In this document: positions 1 to 9,975 of the stretch, piece after piece
Position numbering within the stretch: position 1 is the stretch's first letter
Layout: every line of letters begins with the position of its first letter
Assembly: GCA_963734545.1 (NCBI GenBank)
Contig: CAVTHO010000009.1
Coordinates: 192,001-256,000, forward strand
Length of the DNA stretch: 64,000 nt
Direction of reading: 5' to 3'
From: an uncultured Spirochaetota bacterium
GTDB lineage: Bacteria > Spirochaetota > Spirochaetia > SZUA-6 > Fen-1364
Made by a program: the position numbers and the translations under genes
Notes under the pieces: generated by a model
What the model was told of the DNA's origin: nothing
What the model saw: the letters and a program-made list of their open reading frames with translations, nothing else
Database searches by the model: none

Positions 1-906
1 TAGTTGCCCTTCTCCTTGTTGATGAGGGCGAGCCCGAGGACCGCGTAGCTGTCGAACTCGATGTTCAGCGCCTTGCTGTAGTATTCCCGGGCGGTGTCGA
101 GCTCGTTCATTGCGCGGTAGGAATCTCCGATGCGGGTCAGGATGACCTTGTTGTCGGGGTCGGCATCCAGGATTTTCTGCCAGTAGAACAGCGACTCCTG
201 CGGATCGTTCATCCCGCGGTAGCAGTCCGCGAGCCCGAAGAGGGCGTAGAAGTTGTTGGGCTGGATCTCGAGCGCCTTCTTGAAGTACGGGATGCCCTTC
301 TCGTAGGTCTTGAGCTTGCGGTAGCAGTTGCCTATGGAGGTCAGCACCCAGATGTTCTTCGGGTCCTTCTCGTGCATCCGCTCCCAGTAGCGTGAGCGCC
401 TCCCGGTACTCCTTCAGGTCGAAGTGCAGGTAGCCCAGCCCGGTGAGAGCATACGGGTTGCCCGGATCGATCTCCAGGATCTTGTGGTAGATTTCCTTGG
501 ACCTGTTGAAGTCCAGCACCTTGCGATACGCGTCGGCGATCCGGGTGAGCACCGTCACGTCGCTGTCGCCCTGGTCCAGGTACTTCTCCCAGATCTCGAT
601 GGCCCTGTGGAACTGCTTCAGGGACCGGTAGCTGTCCGCCAGCCCGACGAGGGCGTACTTGTTTCCCTCGTGATGCGTGAGGCAGTCCTCGTAGTAGCGG
701 ATGGCCTCGTGGTAGGACTTGCGCTTGCGCGCCGCGTCCCCCATGCCCACGAGGGCGTAGTTGTTCTGAGGCTCCACTTCGAGGATGCGGCGGAAGTTCT
801 CCTCCGCCTCCGCAATGTGGTCCTCCTTGAGGAGCTGGTAGCCCCTCTTGGAAAGCTCGGATATCGACGCCGGGACGGGCGCGGACGTCTTCTCCTCGTT
901 GCTCAT
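1..906 (-). CDS. Tetratricopeptide-repeat protein (runs off the window start; apparent +1 frameshift near 395)
   Basis: Read manually, absent from the ORF track: MSNEEKTSAP...RGYQLLKEDHIAEAEENFRRILEVEPQNNYALVGMGDAARKRK...; repeated 'ALxGLADxYR' TPR helices continue after a one-base shift (YWERMHEKDPKNIWVLTSIGNCYRK...). Confidence 0.8.
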   Translation of the reverse strand, partial: MSNEEKTSAPVPASISELSKRGYQLLKEDHIAEAEENFRRILEVEPQNNYALVGMGDAARKRKSYHEAIRYYEDCLTHHEGNKYALVGLADSYRSLKQFHRAIEIWEKYLDQGDSDVTVLTRIADAYRKVLDFNRSKEIYHKILEIDPGNPYALTGLGYLHFDLKEYREALTLLGADAREGPEEHLGADLHRQLLPQAQDLREGHPVLQEGARDPAQQLLRPLRARGLLPRDERSAGVAVLLAENPGCRPRQQGHPDPHRRFLPRNERARHRPGILQQGAEHRVRQLRGPRARPHQQGEGQL

Positions 907-1251
907 TGTATTTTCGATTTCCCCTCTGCCAGCCATTGTTTCATTACCATGTGCGATTTTTTCCACCATCGCGGCGATCTTGTCCGGAGCGGGGGCCAGC
1001 CAGTACGCCTGCAGGGCCTCGAGCGGCTTTCCCCCCTTGGCGTGGTGGTCTCCTATTCTGATCAGTCCATCGGAATACTTCGTGGTGATGAATATCCGCT
1101 GTGCGAGGCCGAACTCACCCTTATTGAACAACTGGTTGCCCTTTCTAATGAGCGCCGCTCGCTGCTCGCTAGTGAGTGGCGCTGGTTTCTCGCCCGTTAC
1201 CTTCAGAAAGCCGCCTGAGGGCAACTTTTTAAGGATGTCCTGGGTGCTCAT
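903..1251 (-). CDS. Small conserved hypothetical (TPR-like) protein; a probable +1 error near 951 makes it read into the TPR gene
   Basis: ATG at 1251: MSTQDILKKLPSGGFLKVTGEKPAPLTSEQRAALIRKGNQLFNKGEFGLAQRIFITTKYSDGLIRIGD...; removing one base gives ...KIAMVMKQWLAEGKSKIQ* with an ATGA overlap onto the 906 start. Confidence 0.6.
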
Positions 1252-1339
1252 CCTTGCCTTCACTTCAAGATACTTGATTAATTCAGCTAGAGTAAATAGC
1301 TCGGGCCGCGATCACGGCACGAACGGAGCCTGCGGCCCT

Positions 1340-1936
1340 CTATCCGATTCGCCCTTTCGAGGACATTTCCTCGCTGCTTGCCTCGTACGCCTGGTGCAAC
1401 GCCTTGCCCAGCGCCTTGAAGGCCGCCTCCGCCATGTGATGGCTGTTCTCCCCTCTGCGGATGTCCACGTGCAGGCTGATGCGCGCCTGCGACGCGAGGG
1501 CGGTGAAGAACTCACGGAGAAGAGAGAGGTCGAATGTTCCCGCCATGGGCTGGGGAAAAGACGCGTGCCAGGACAAGGTGGGCCTGCCGCACACGTCGAT
1601 CGTCACCTCTGCCAGCGCCTCGTCCATCGGGACCACGGCATGGCCGAATCGCGTCACGTGCCCGGTCTTGGCCAGCACATCGGCAAAGGCCTGTCCCAGC
1701 ACGAGCCCCGTGTCCTCCACCATGTGATGGGCGTCCACCTCGAGGTCTCCGGTGCCTTCCAGGCTGAGGCCCAGCCTGCCATGAAACGACATGCTCGTCA
1801 GGAGATGGTCCAGAAACGGCAGACCGGTGCGAATTGCTCCCGGGACGGCTGTGTCCGGGTCGAGGGTAAGGGTGATGTCTGTCTCTCGCGTCTTGCGCGT
1901 GACCTGCACTTTCCGGGACGGCACTCCGAGTTCCAC
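1340..1936 (-). CDS. hisB: Imidazoleglycerol-phosphate dehydratase
   Basis: RKTRETDI, TGLPFLDHLL, GDLEVDAHHMVED, PMDEAL, GENSHHMAEAAFKALG, SSKG motifs. Confidence 0.95.
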   Translation of the reverse strand: MELGVPSRKVQVTRKTRETDITLTLDPDTAVPGAIRTGLPFLDHLLTSMSFHGRLGLSLEGTGDLEVDAHHMVEDTGLVLGQAFADVLAKTGHVTRFGHAVVPMDEALAEVTIDVCGRPTLSWHASFPQPMAGTFDLSLLREFFTALASQARISLHVDIRRGENSHHMAEAAFKALGKALHQAYEASSEEMSSKGRIG

Positions 1937-1940
1937 CTTT

Positions 1941-2024
1941 CCGGCGCGGTACTCCGCGCATTCGCTTCAATCCGGCGCGGTACTCCGCGCATTCGCTTCA
2001 AACCTGCGTGGTACTCCGCGCATT
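1941..2024. repeat. Tandem array (31-bp period, about 2.7 copies) of the REP-like hairpin GCGCGG-TACT-CCGCGC
   Basis: ccggcgcggtactccgcgcattcgcttcaa at 1941 and 1972, degenerate third copy from 2003. Confidence 0.85.
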
Positions 2025-2076
2025 TATCCCTATTGTATACACCCGACGCTGAAAATCAAATCCGGCGCCTGGACCG

Positions 2077-4792
2077 CTACGCGTGCACCACCTCCCTGCC
2101 GTTCCTCGCGCGTACTATCGCGCGCACGTAGATCTTCGCGATTTCGTTGAGGATGATCGTGGAGAAGGACAGCAGCCACACAATGCCCCACTGGAGAGCG
2201 TCCAGTCCGACGAGCTTGAAGTAGGAGGCGAGTCCGGGGACCAGGACGACGATCACCTGCATGAAAGAGCAGAGAAAAAAAGCGCCGATGAGCCAGCGGT
2301 TCTTGAAAATGCCGACCGAGATCAGGGACTTGGTGATATGACGGGTGTTGAAGGCGTGGAAGAGCTGGCTGAGGCTCAGCACGCAGAAGGCCATGGTGCG
2401 CGCCAGGGGGAGCCCTGTTTCTTCGCCGCCGCCCAGGGACAGGCCGATGAGGTAGGCTGCCAGGGCGAGGGAGCCTTTCACCAACCCGTTGAGAATGATG
2501 AAGGGCACGCCGCCGTGCGCAAAAAGGCTCTCCTTCGGGTTGCGCGGTTTTTCCCTGATGGCGTCCGGGTCGCCGGGATCCATGCCGAGGGCGAGGGCGG
2601 GAAACGTGTCCGTCACCAGGTTGACCCACAGCAGGTGGATGGGCAGGAGCGGAATGGGCATGCCGATGAGGATCGGGAAAAAGATACAGAGGATCTCGCC
2701 GAGGTTGCACGAGAGGAGAAAGAATATCGCCTTGCGGATGTTGGCGTAGATGTGGCGGCCTTCCTCGACGGCCTTGACGATGGTCTTGAAGTTGTCGTCG
2801 GCGAGGATGATGTCCGACGCGCCTTTTGCCACGTCCGTCCCGGTGACGCCCATGGCGACCCCGATGTCCGCCGCCTTCAGGCTGGGCGCGTCATTCACGC
2901 CGTCTCCGGTCATCGAAACGACATGCCCATCCGCCCGGAATGCCTTCACGATGCGCACCTTGTGCTCGGGTGACACGCGCGCAAAGACGCGGACCGTCTT
3001 GACGCGCCCCGTCAGGGCGGGGTCGCTCAGCGTGTCGATTTCCGGGCCGGAGAGGGCCTCATCCTCGCTCTTCGCTATCTCGAGGGCACGGGCGATGGCG
3101 AGGGCGGTGGCCTTGTGGTCTCCGGTGATCATGGCCACCCCGATGCCGGACGCCCTGCAGACCGCGATGGAATCCTTGACCTCCAGCCGCGGCGGATCGA
3201 TCATGCCGACGATGCCGAGGAATACGAGTCCCTCCTCGAGCCCCGCGCCCTCGGGCTTTTCGGAATCTTCCAGCTCGCGGTAGGCGGCGCCGAGGACGCG
3301 CAGGGCCCTGCCCGGCCATCTCGTCCGCCTCGGCAAGGATCGCTTCCTTGCGCCGTTTGTCCAGGGCCACGGCTGACCCGTCCGACATGACCCGGTCGCA
3401 GGACTCCAGGAGCCGGTCTGCCGCGCCCTTGGTCATCACGAGGCGCTGGGCGCCGCGGGCATGGACGGTGCTCATCATCTTGCGGTCCGAATCGAAGGGC
3501 AGCTCCCCGATGCGGGGTGCGTCTGCAAGGATGACCGACTTGCAGATCCCCGCGGCGTTTGACAATTCGAGGAGGGCGATCTCGGTCGGATCGCCGGTCG
3601 CATCATCCGGGTTGCAGGCGGTGACGCCGGGCGCCCCGAGGGAGGCATCATTGCACAGAGCTATCGCCTCCAGCAGGAGCCGCTGGCCGGACCGCGAGGC
3701 ATCGATGGACGATGCGTTTCCAGATGCGCCGTCCGCGGACCATTCCACGACGGACATCCTGTTCCGGGTGAGGGTTCCTGTCTTGTCGGAGCAGATCATG
3801 GTGACGGCCCCCAGGGTCTCGACAGCCGGAAGGCGGCGGACGATCGCCTTCTCCCTGCTCATGCGCTGGACGCCGATGGCGAGCACGATCGTCACGATCG
3901 CGACGAGGCCCTCGGGGACGGCGGCCACTGCGAGGGACACCGCGGTGAGGAAGAGCTCGAACAGCGTTTTCTCCGCGATGAGCCCGCGCCGGATAAGCTC
4001 CTCGCCCACGGCGATGGCGAACAGGAAGCCACAGAAAATGAGGATGACCACGCCGAGCTTCCTGCCGAAATCGTCCAGCTTCTTCTGGAGGGGAGTCTCT
4101 TCCTGCTCCTCCGCATCGAGCATCGTGGCGATGCGCCCCAGCTCGGTGTCCATGCCCGTCCCGACGGCGAGTCCCAGGCCGCGGCCATAGGTGGCCAGGG
4201 TCGAGGAATACCCCATGTTGAGCCGGTCGCCGAGGGCCGAGTCCCCGTCCACGACCAGGTCGGCGCGCTTCTCCACGGGGACCGACTCGCCGGTGAGCGA
4301 GGCCTCCTCCACCTTGAGGTTGACCGCCTCGATCCAGCGCAGGTCGCAGGGTATCACGCGTCCCGCCTCGATCACGACGACGTCCCCGGGCACCACCTCA
4401 TCCGAGGCGATCTCGCGGGGCGAACAGTCCCGCACGACGACGGCCCTGGGCGCGGAGAGTTTCTTCAATGCCTCGAGGGCTTTCTCCGCCTTCGATTCCT
4501 GGATGACTCCGACCACCGCATTGATGATGACCACGGCGAGTATAATCACCGCGTCCGACCCTTCGCCGAGGAGGACGGAGATGCCGGCCGCGGCCAGGAG
4601 GATGTAGATGAGGACGTCCTGAAACTGCTCCAGCACGCGCCGGAAGAGGCTCTTGCGCTTCCTGGCGGCGAGGCGGTTGGGGCCGCAGGTCTCGAGCCTG
4701 CGCGCCGCCTCTGCCGAGTCGAGGCCCCTCGAGGGATCGACACGGAGCGCGGCAATCGCCTGGGCAGTCGTCTTGACGTGCCATTGATCCAT
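2077..4792 (-). CDS. P-type IIA (Ca2+/Mn2+) transporting ATPase; apparent +1 frameshift near 3312
   Basis: SD AAAGGAGG before ATG 4792; EASLTGES, AVAAVPEGL, ICSDKTGTLT, GDPTE, PFDSDRKMMS, MITGDH, FARVSPEHK, TGDGVNDAPSLK, LLWVNLVTD spread over two ORFs (3059-5119 and 2077-3336). Confidence 0.92.
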
Positions 4793-4809
4793 CACATCCT
4801 CCTTTCTGC

Positions 4810-4856
4810 AAAAAAAAATCGCCCGGCCGCGGCGTTGCCGTCGCCACCAGGCGATT
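4810..4856 (-). terminator. Intrinsic terminator (riboswitch expression platform)
   Basis: Minus strand AATCGCCTGGTGGCGACGGCAACGCCGCGGCCGGGCGATT followed by a T run, directly 3' of the aptamer and 5' of the SD. Confidence 0.8.
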
Positions 4857-5002
4857 GGTCTTGCTGACACTCGCGTGCAACGTGGACCGGGTCCGCGGCT
4901 CGTGATTCCTGTCTCCGCGGGATGACAGGCAGATGCCGCTCGCCGTGCTGACGATCCACGATCACCGGAGCCTCGAAGCTCCGGAGAAGCTACTCCCCAT
5001 TC
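4857..5002 (-). ncRNA. yybP-ykoY (Mn2+-sensing) riboswitch
   Basis: Minus strand GGGGAGTAGC...CGTGGATCGTCAGCACGG...CCGGTCCACG...GTCAGCAAGACC matches the recalled yybP-ykoY pattern; lies upstream of a P-type ATPase, a typical target. Confidence 0.85.
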
Positions 5003-5011
5003 GCTGCCGGT

Positions 5012-5040
5012 ATTATAGGGCCCCTCCCGGGATTGCACAA
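5012..5040 (-). promoter_or_regulatory. Sigma70-type promoter for the riboswitch/ATPase
   Basis: TTGTGC-N17-TATAAT on the minus strand. Confidence 0.75.
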
Positions 5041-5075
5041 GTGACGGCAGAAGGCGTCCAGGGGACCGGCGCTCC

Positions 5076-7700
5076 TCAGCCGGCGGCGCGCGCGAGGGCC
5101 CGCCGGACCTCGGAGGCAAGCACCGAGGCCACGACCGGTTTCAGAAGGTAGGGCAGCCGTGTCTCCTCGAGGAAGGACCGGGTGACCGGATTGAGACTGT
5201 CACCGGTGATATAAATCAGGCGCCTGAGCAGTCCGGGGCGGCTGACACGGATCCACTCGTAGAGCTCCTTGCCGTCGCGGTCCGGCATCCTGAAGTCCGA
5301 GATCACGAGGGAATAAGCAGTCCCGTAGGCCAGGAGTGCGACCGCCTCCTGTCCATTCGCGGCGCTGTCCACCATGCACCCGAGGCTCTCCAGGTAATGA
5401 TACACGAACTCCCGGATGGCCGGCTCGTCCTCTGCAACGAGGATCAATGCGCCTGCCAGGTCGATCTCGCCGGCCGGTTCCGGCTCCTGTTCCCCGTCGC
5501 CGGCAGGCAGCTCCACGGTGAATGCGGTGCCCTCGCCGGGGACGCTCCGCACGCTGATATCGCCGCCCAGGGCCTCCACGATCGCGAGGGACACGGCCAG
5601 CCCGAGCCCGGTGCCGCCGATTTCCCGGCGCGTGGTGAAAAATGGATCGAACACCTTTCCGAGCTGCTGGGGCGCAATGCCCTGCCCCGTGTCGGAGACC
5701 TCCGCCCAGACACGGCCGATGTCTCTCCAGGTCCGCACGCGAAGCTTCCGCTCACGCGTCGCGGTATCCCGCGGATTCGGCGTCGCGGTATCCCGCGGAT
5801 TCGGCGTCGCGGTATCCCGCGGATTCGGCGTCTCGGTATCCCACGGATTCTCCGGGCCCGGCATCGCGGGTTCGCCGAGCGCGTGCTCGGCATTGTCCAC
5901 CAGGTTGTGAAAAACCTCCCAGAGCTGGTCCGGGTCAGCCATGACAGCAGGGATGCCGTCGGTGAGCTCCAACGACACCTCGATCCCCGCTGCCTCCAGA
6001 CTGCCCCGGCGCAGCTCGATCACCGAGGCGGCGGCGCTGTTCATGGAGCACGCCTCTCTTTTTTGCGGGCGCTCGGCCGAGGTGCCGAGAAGCCCCTGCA
6101 CGATGCCCTGGGCGCGCATTGCCTCGGCGAGGACCCGGTCGAGATCCTGCTGCAGCGCCGCGTGGGTGCGCCCGCGCACCCGCGCCATCTCCATCGAGGC
6201 GGTGATTCCGGCCACCGCGTTGCGCAGCTCGTGCGCCACCCTGGAGACGATCTCACCGAGCGCGGCGAGCTTCTCCGACCTCCGCAGCTTCTCCTCCATG
6301 CGCTTTCTCTGGGTGATGTCCCGCGCAATGCCGTGGATCTCAGCCTCACCGTGCGCACCGCCGCTGCGCACGCTTTCCAGCTCGAGGATCACCTCTTCCC
6401 CCAACCGGGTGAGCAGGGTGAGCTCGCGCGGCAGGGCGCCCGGCGTGGTGAGCGGCCCGCCGCCGCTCTGCAGCAGTCTCTCCCGTGCGTCCGGCGCCAT
6501 GAAGTCGGGGAGCCTCTTTCCGAGGATCTGATCGAGCGGATAGCCCAGCACGCGCTCCGCCCGCGAGTTGATGAAGACGATCTTCCTCGACGCGTCCAGC
6601 GAGAAAATGATGTCGCGCGCGTTTTCCGTGACGTGGCGGTAGCGCCTCTCGGAGACCTCGAGGGCCGCCGTCCTTTCCCGAAGGTGCCGCACCATGTCGT
6701 TGAACGAGCGGGAAAGTACCCCGATCTCGTCCGCGGAGTGGGAAGGGATCTGGTACTGGAGATCTCCGCTCGCGATCCTCACGGTGCCTCGGAGCAGCGC
6801 ATCGAGGGAACGCGAATACAGCCGCGCGACGATCACCGCCACGAACATGGCCATGGCCAGCCCGATGAGCACCAGGAGCAAGGACCGGCGCAGCACGAGA
6901 GAAACAGGGAAAAACGCCTTGGCCAGCGGCTGTTGAATGTAGACGGTCCATCCCAGCCCGGGCACCGCGCTGCTCACGAGGAGAGTGTCCCGCATCGAGG
7001 GAGAGCCGGGCCCGGCGGGGGCTTCACGGCGAAGGACAGCCGCCTTGTCCGGATACGCGATGAGCGTCCCTTCGGCGGAGACTACGTATGCGAATCCCCC
7101 GGGCCCCGCGTCGATGTCGTCGATGAGCCGCCAGATTTTCTCCAGCGAGAACCGGGCCACCAGGGAGATACCTCGCCGGGGAGCGATGACAAAGGTCATG
7201 CTGGGCAGACCGTGGAAGTCGATCTCCACCGGTGAAGTCCACGCCGTCCCCTGCATGGCATTCCGCAGCGCCTCGGGGGGAAACTCCCCCATGTCCACCG
7301 ATCCCAGCCGATTGTCCGCCTTGATTGCCCCGGTACGGTCCACGACCACGACGGTATCGAAGATCGCAGATTCCATCACCTTCTTTTCCAGCAGCACGCT
7401 GCTCACCCAGGGCATGCGGTCGAGGAACTCCAGGACGGCCGCGTTTTCCGAGAGGTCACGGCGCGCACCCTCGATGTAGCTGCTGATCTCCCCCGCGGCC
7501 CTTCGGGCAATCTGCTCGTTGCGCTGCCGCACGTTGAGCCGGAGCTGCTCGGTGGCGAACCGCACGATGAAACCGGCCGTAAGGGAGACGGAGAGGACGA
7601 GGAGGACGATGCTCCCGAGGGCGAGCTTCACCCACATTTGATGCAGGAAGGGCAACTCTGTCTTGTCCGGGCTCCATCCAGGTGACTCTTTGCGGCGCAT
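5076..7700 (-). CDS. Hybrid sensor histidine kinase (Cache-like, HAMP, PAS, HisKA, HATPase, receiver)
   Basis: Two TM segments, HAMP (DEIGVLSRSFNDM), PAS, H-box VAHELRN, NLVDNA, DTGQGI, FDPFFTT, GTGLGL, C-terminal REC (ILVAEDE...ISDFRMP...KP). Confidence 0.92.
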   Translation of the reverse strand: MRRKESPGWSPDKTELPFLHQMWVKLALGSIVLLVLSVSLTAGFIVRFATEQLRLNVRQRNEQIARRAAGEISSYIEGARRDLSENAAVLEFLDRMPWVSSVLLEKKVMESAIFDTVVVVDRTGAIKADNRLGSVDMGEFPPEALRNAMQGTAWTSPVEIDFHGLPSMTFVIAPRRGISLVARFSLEKIWRLIDDIDAGPGGFAYVVSAEGTLIAYPDKAAVLRREAPAGPGSPSMRDTLLVSSAVPGLGWTVYIQQPLAKAFFPVSLVLRRSLLLVLIGLAMAMFVAVIVARLYSRSLDALLRGTVRIASGDLQYQIPSHSADEIGVLSRSFNDMVRHLRERTAALEVSERRYRHVTENARDIIFSLDASRKIVFINSRAERVLGYPLDQILGKRLPDFMAPDARERLLQSGGGPLTTPGALPRELTLLTRLGEEVILELESVRSGGAHGEAEIHGIARDITQRKRMEEKLRRSEKLAALGEIVSRVAHELRNAVAGITASMEMARVRGRTHAALQQDLDRVLAEAMRAQGIVQGLLGTSAERPQKREACSMNSAAASVIELRRGSLEAAGIEVSLELTDGIPAVMADPDQLWEVFHNLVDNAEHALGEPAMPGPENPWDTETPNPRDTATPNPRDTATPNPRDTATRERKLRVRTWRDIGRVWAEVSDTGQGIAPQQLGKVFDPFFTTRREIGGTGLGLAVSLAIVEALGGDISVRSVPGEGTAFTVELPAGDGEQEPEPAGEIDLAGALILVAEDEPAIREFVYHYLESLGCMVDSAANGQEAVALLAYGTAYSLVISDFRMPDRDGKELYEWIRVSRPGLLRRLIYITGDSLNPVTRSFLEETRLPYLLKPVVASVLASEVRRALARAAG
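5756..5850. repeat. In-frame 24-bp tandem repeat (4 copies) of the REP-like hairpin inside the kinase gene
   Basis: gcgtcgcggtatcccgcggattcg at 5756, 5780, 5804 and degenerate at 5828; encodes NPWDTETP-NPRDTATP-NPRDTATP-NPRDTATR. Confidence 0.9.
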
Positions 7701-7870
7701 GAGGCCGCCATTGTGCCCTTTGGGGCCCCGGGCATCAAGCCAGCCACGAATGCCACGGAATACCGTGGCCGCGGTCTCTGTGACATTCGCGGCCTCGAAT
7801 ATCGCGCGGTGACCCCGGCTGCGAGTCTCCGTTGACGGCTGACAGGCGAGGGCTTACAGTTCGCCGGGAC

Positions 7871-9097
7871 ATGACAAAAAGCATACCGGGCACGCTCCCC
7901 GCGGCGGCGGTTTCAGGGGCGCTCCATCTGCTTGCGCTTCTCCAGTTCATTGCTCATCGCGGCCAGTACAGCCTGCCGGCCGAATGGACGCGCGACTTCT
8001 GCCTTCTCCTGGGACTGTCATTTCTCCTTCTCGTTGTGATGCACGTCGCGCCTTCGCTCCGCGCCCGCGTCGCCGCGGCGGTGGTCAAGACAGTCGCGTT
8101 CCTCATCGTCGGAGTGCCTTTCGGAGCCTTCCTGGACATCCGCTACATGCTCATGTTTTCCCTTCTGTTGGACGCGAGCTTCGCTTTCCCTCCCCCCGTT
8201 GACATCGCGCTCTCCGCTGCGGCGCTGACAGGATCCGCTCTCTTCCTCGTTCCGATGAACGCTTTCTCCGTTCCCCTGGCGTCGCCGCGGCTCCTCGATT
8301 GGGCTTCGTTCTTCTTCATCGGTGCTTCGCTCCTGCTTCTTCTTGCCTTCACGCGCAGGCTCTCGGGACGCGACAAGGAGAACGGAGCGAGAATCGCGTC
8401 CCTGAATGAGCTCATATCAAAGCTCATGAGCACCAGCAGGGATTACCTGGAGTACGCGGCCCGGGTCGAGCGGGAGTCAACGGAGAACGAGCGCAACAGG
8501 ATCACCCAGGACCTCCATGACGTCGTGGGTCAGGCCTTCACGAACATTTATGCCATGATGGACGCCTCCCTCAAGCATCCCCCCTCGCTCCCCGCGGAGA
8601 CAGGGGAGCTTCATGCCTGGGCAAAGGAGCAGGCGCAGAAGGGGCTGAACGAGACGCGCGCCATCCTCTACCAGCTCCGCTCCATTCGTGAGAAAGAACC
8701 GACAGGCATCCTCGCCATAAAAAACCTCGTGGACACTTTCAGCTACTCCACGAAGGTGAAAGTCAGGGTCGAGTGGGGGAATCTTCCCTGGGAAGTGGGA
8801 GAAGTCCTGGATGCCGTGCTCTACCGGCTCGTGCAGGAGTCCCTCGTGAACGCTTTCCGACATGGCAACGCCACCGAGATCCAGATACACTTCTGGGTGG
8901 GCGAGGATACCCTCTCCGTGGACATACAGGACAATGGCAAGGGCAGCCTTGCCGCAAAGAAGGGCATCGGGCAGGAGAGCATGGAGAGCCGGGTCCTGGC
9001 GGTCGGCGGCGCCATCACGTTTGCCGGCAGCAGCCAGGGCTACAACGTGCATGCGACCTTCCCCAGGAGCCTCGCAATCGCGGGCGGGCACGCGTGA
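7871..9097 (+). CDS. Membrane sensor histidine kinase, HisKA_3 (NarX/DesK-like) type
   Basis: About 6 TM helices; ERNRITQDLHDVVGQ, YRLVQESLVNAFRHG, DNGKG, GIGQ. Confidence 0.9.
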   Translation: MTKSIPGTLPAAAVSGALHLLALLQFIAHRGQYSLPAEWTRDFCLLLGLSFLLLVVMHVAPSLRARVAAAVVKTVAFLIVGVPFGAFLDIRYMLMFSLLLDASFAFPPPVDIALSAAALTGSALFLVPMNAFSVPLASPRLLDWASFFFIGASLLLLLAFTRRLSGRDKENGARIASLNELISKLMSTSRDYLEYAARVERESTENERNRITQDLHDVVGQAFTNIYAMMDASLKHPPSLPAETGELHAWAKEQAQKGLNETRAILYQLRSIREKEPTGILAIKNLVDTFSYSTKVKVRVEWGNLPWEVGEVLDAVLYRLVQESLVNAFRHGNATEIQIHFWVGEDTLSVDIQDNGKGSLAAKKGIGQESMESRVLAVGGAITFAGSSQGYNVHATFPRSLAIAGGHA

Positions 9098-9756
9098 AGA
9101 TACTCATCGTGGATGACCAGAAGCTCTTTGCCGATTCGCTCAAGAAAGTCCTCCTCTCGGAAGACCGGTCCGTCGAGAGCGTGGCCATTGCGTACAACGG
9201 CGCGGAGGCCCTCGCCGAGATGCTGAAAGAGGCGCCGGACGTCATCCTGATGGACATTCACATGCCCGTCATGGATGGCATCGAGGCAACCCGCCTGATT
9301 CATCGCAAGTACCCTGGCGTGAGAATCCTGATGCTCACGACCTTCGGATACGACGAGTACGTCAAGGCGGCCCTGGACAAGGGCGCCGTGGGGTACCTGC
9401 TGAAGGACATCTCTTCCTCCGAGCTGCTGGCCTCCATCCGCGCTGCGCAAGGCGGAGTGCGCATCATCTCACCGCAGGTACTGGAGGGGATCGCGGGGGT
9501 GCAGCGCCGCCCCCCCGAAGGACCGAGAGTGCCGCCCTGGCTCAGGGACCTCACCGGGCGCGAGAGGGACATCCTCGTGCTGGCGATGAAAGGGTTCAGC
9601 AACGAGGAGATAGCGGAGAAGGTCTTTCTCAGCCTGCAGACGGTGAAAAACTACCTCAGCTCGATCTACGGAAAGCTGGGGGTGGAGAACAGGTTCCAGG
9701 CAATGCGGCTCGCAATGGAGTTCAAGATCGACTCGCTCGTAGACACGGATGCGTAG
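9094..9756 (+). CDS. NarL/LuxR-family response regulator
   Basis: GTGA overlap with the kinase; KILIVDDQ, DVILMDIHMP, GYLLKD, LTGRERDIL...SNEEIA...TVKNYLSSIYGKL. Confidence 0.93.
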   Translation: MKILIVDDQKLFADSLKKVLLSEDRSVESVAIAYNGAEALAEMLKEAPDVILMDIHMPVMDGIEATRLIHRKYPGVRILMLTTFGYDEYVKAALDKGAVGYLLKDISSSELLASIRAAQGGVRIISPQVLEGIAGVQRRPPEGPRVPPWLRDLTGRERDILVLAMKGFSNEEIAEKVFLSLQTVKNYLSSIYGKLGVENRFQAMRLAMEFKIDSLVDTDA

Positions 9757-9812
9757 CGCGCGGAACGCCCCCGATGACGGGACATAGCCAGGGAGGGCGA
9801 GGCCGCGAAATC

Positions 9813-9876
9813 GGTACTTTCGTACCGGCGATTGTGACTTCCGTAACTTGCGGGCCCTCCCTGCCCCGCCCACACT
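9813..9876 (+). promoter_or_regulatory. Candidate response-regulator boxes plus promoter of the sugar ABC operon
   Basis: Palindrome GGTACtttcGTACC (9813-9826) and a related GTGACttccGTAAC abut TTGCGG-N17-CACACT (9848-9876). Confidence 0.5.
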
Positions 9877-9975
9877 GCGATTGAGTGTGGATGCCTCACG
9901 CCGGGGCCGGCCTTTCCATCATCCCCGGTTCACGGCGGACGCGCTCACATCACTCTCGAATCGAAGGAGGTTGGC

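Noticed and set aside
1-1251. Apparent fusion of the 1251-start protein with the TPR protein
   Set aside because: One-base removal near 951 restores a natural C-terminus with an ATGA overlap, consistent with the window-wide +1 error pattern.
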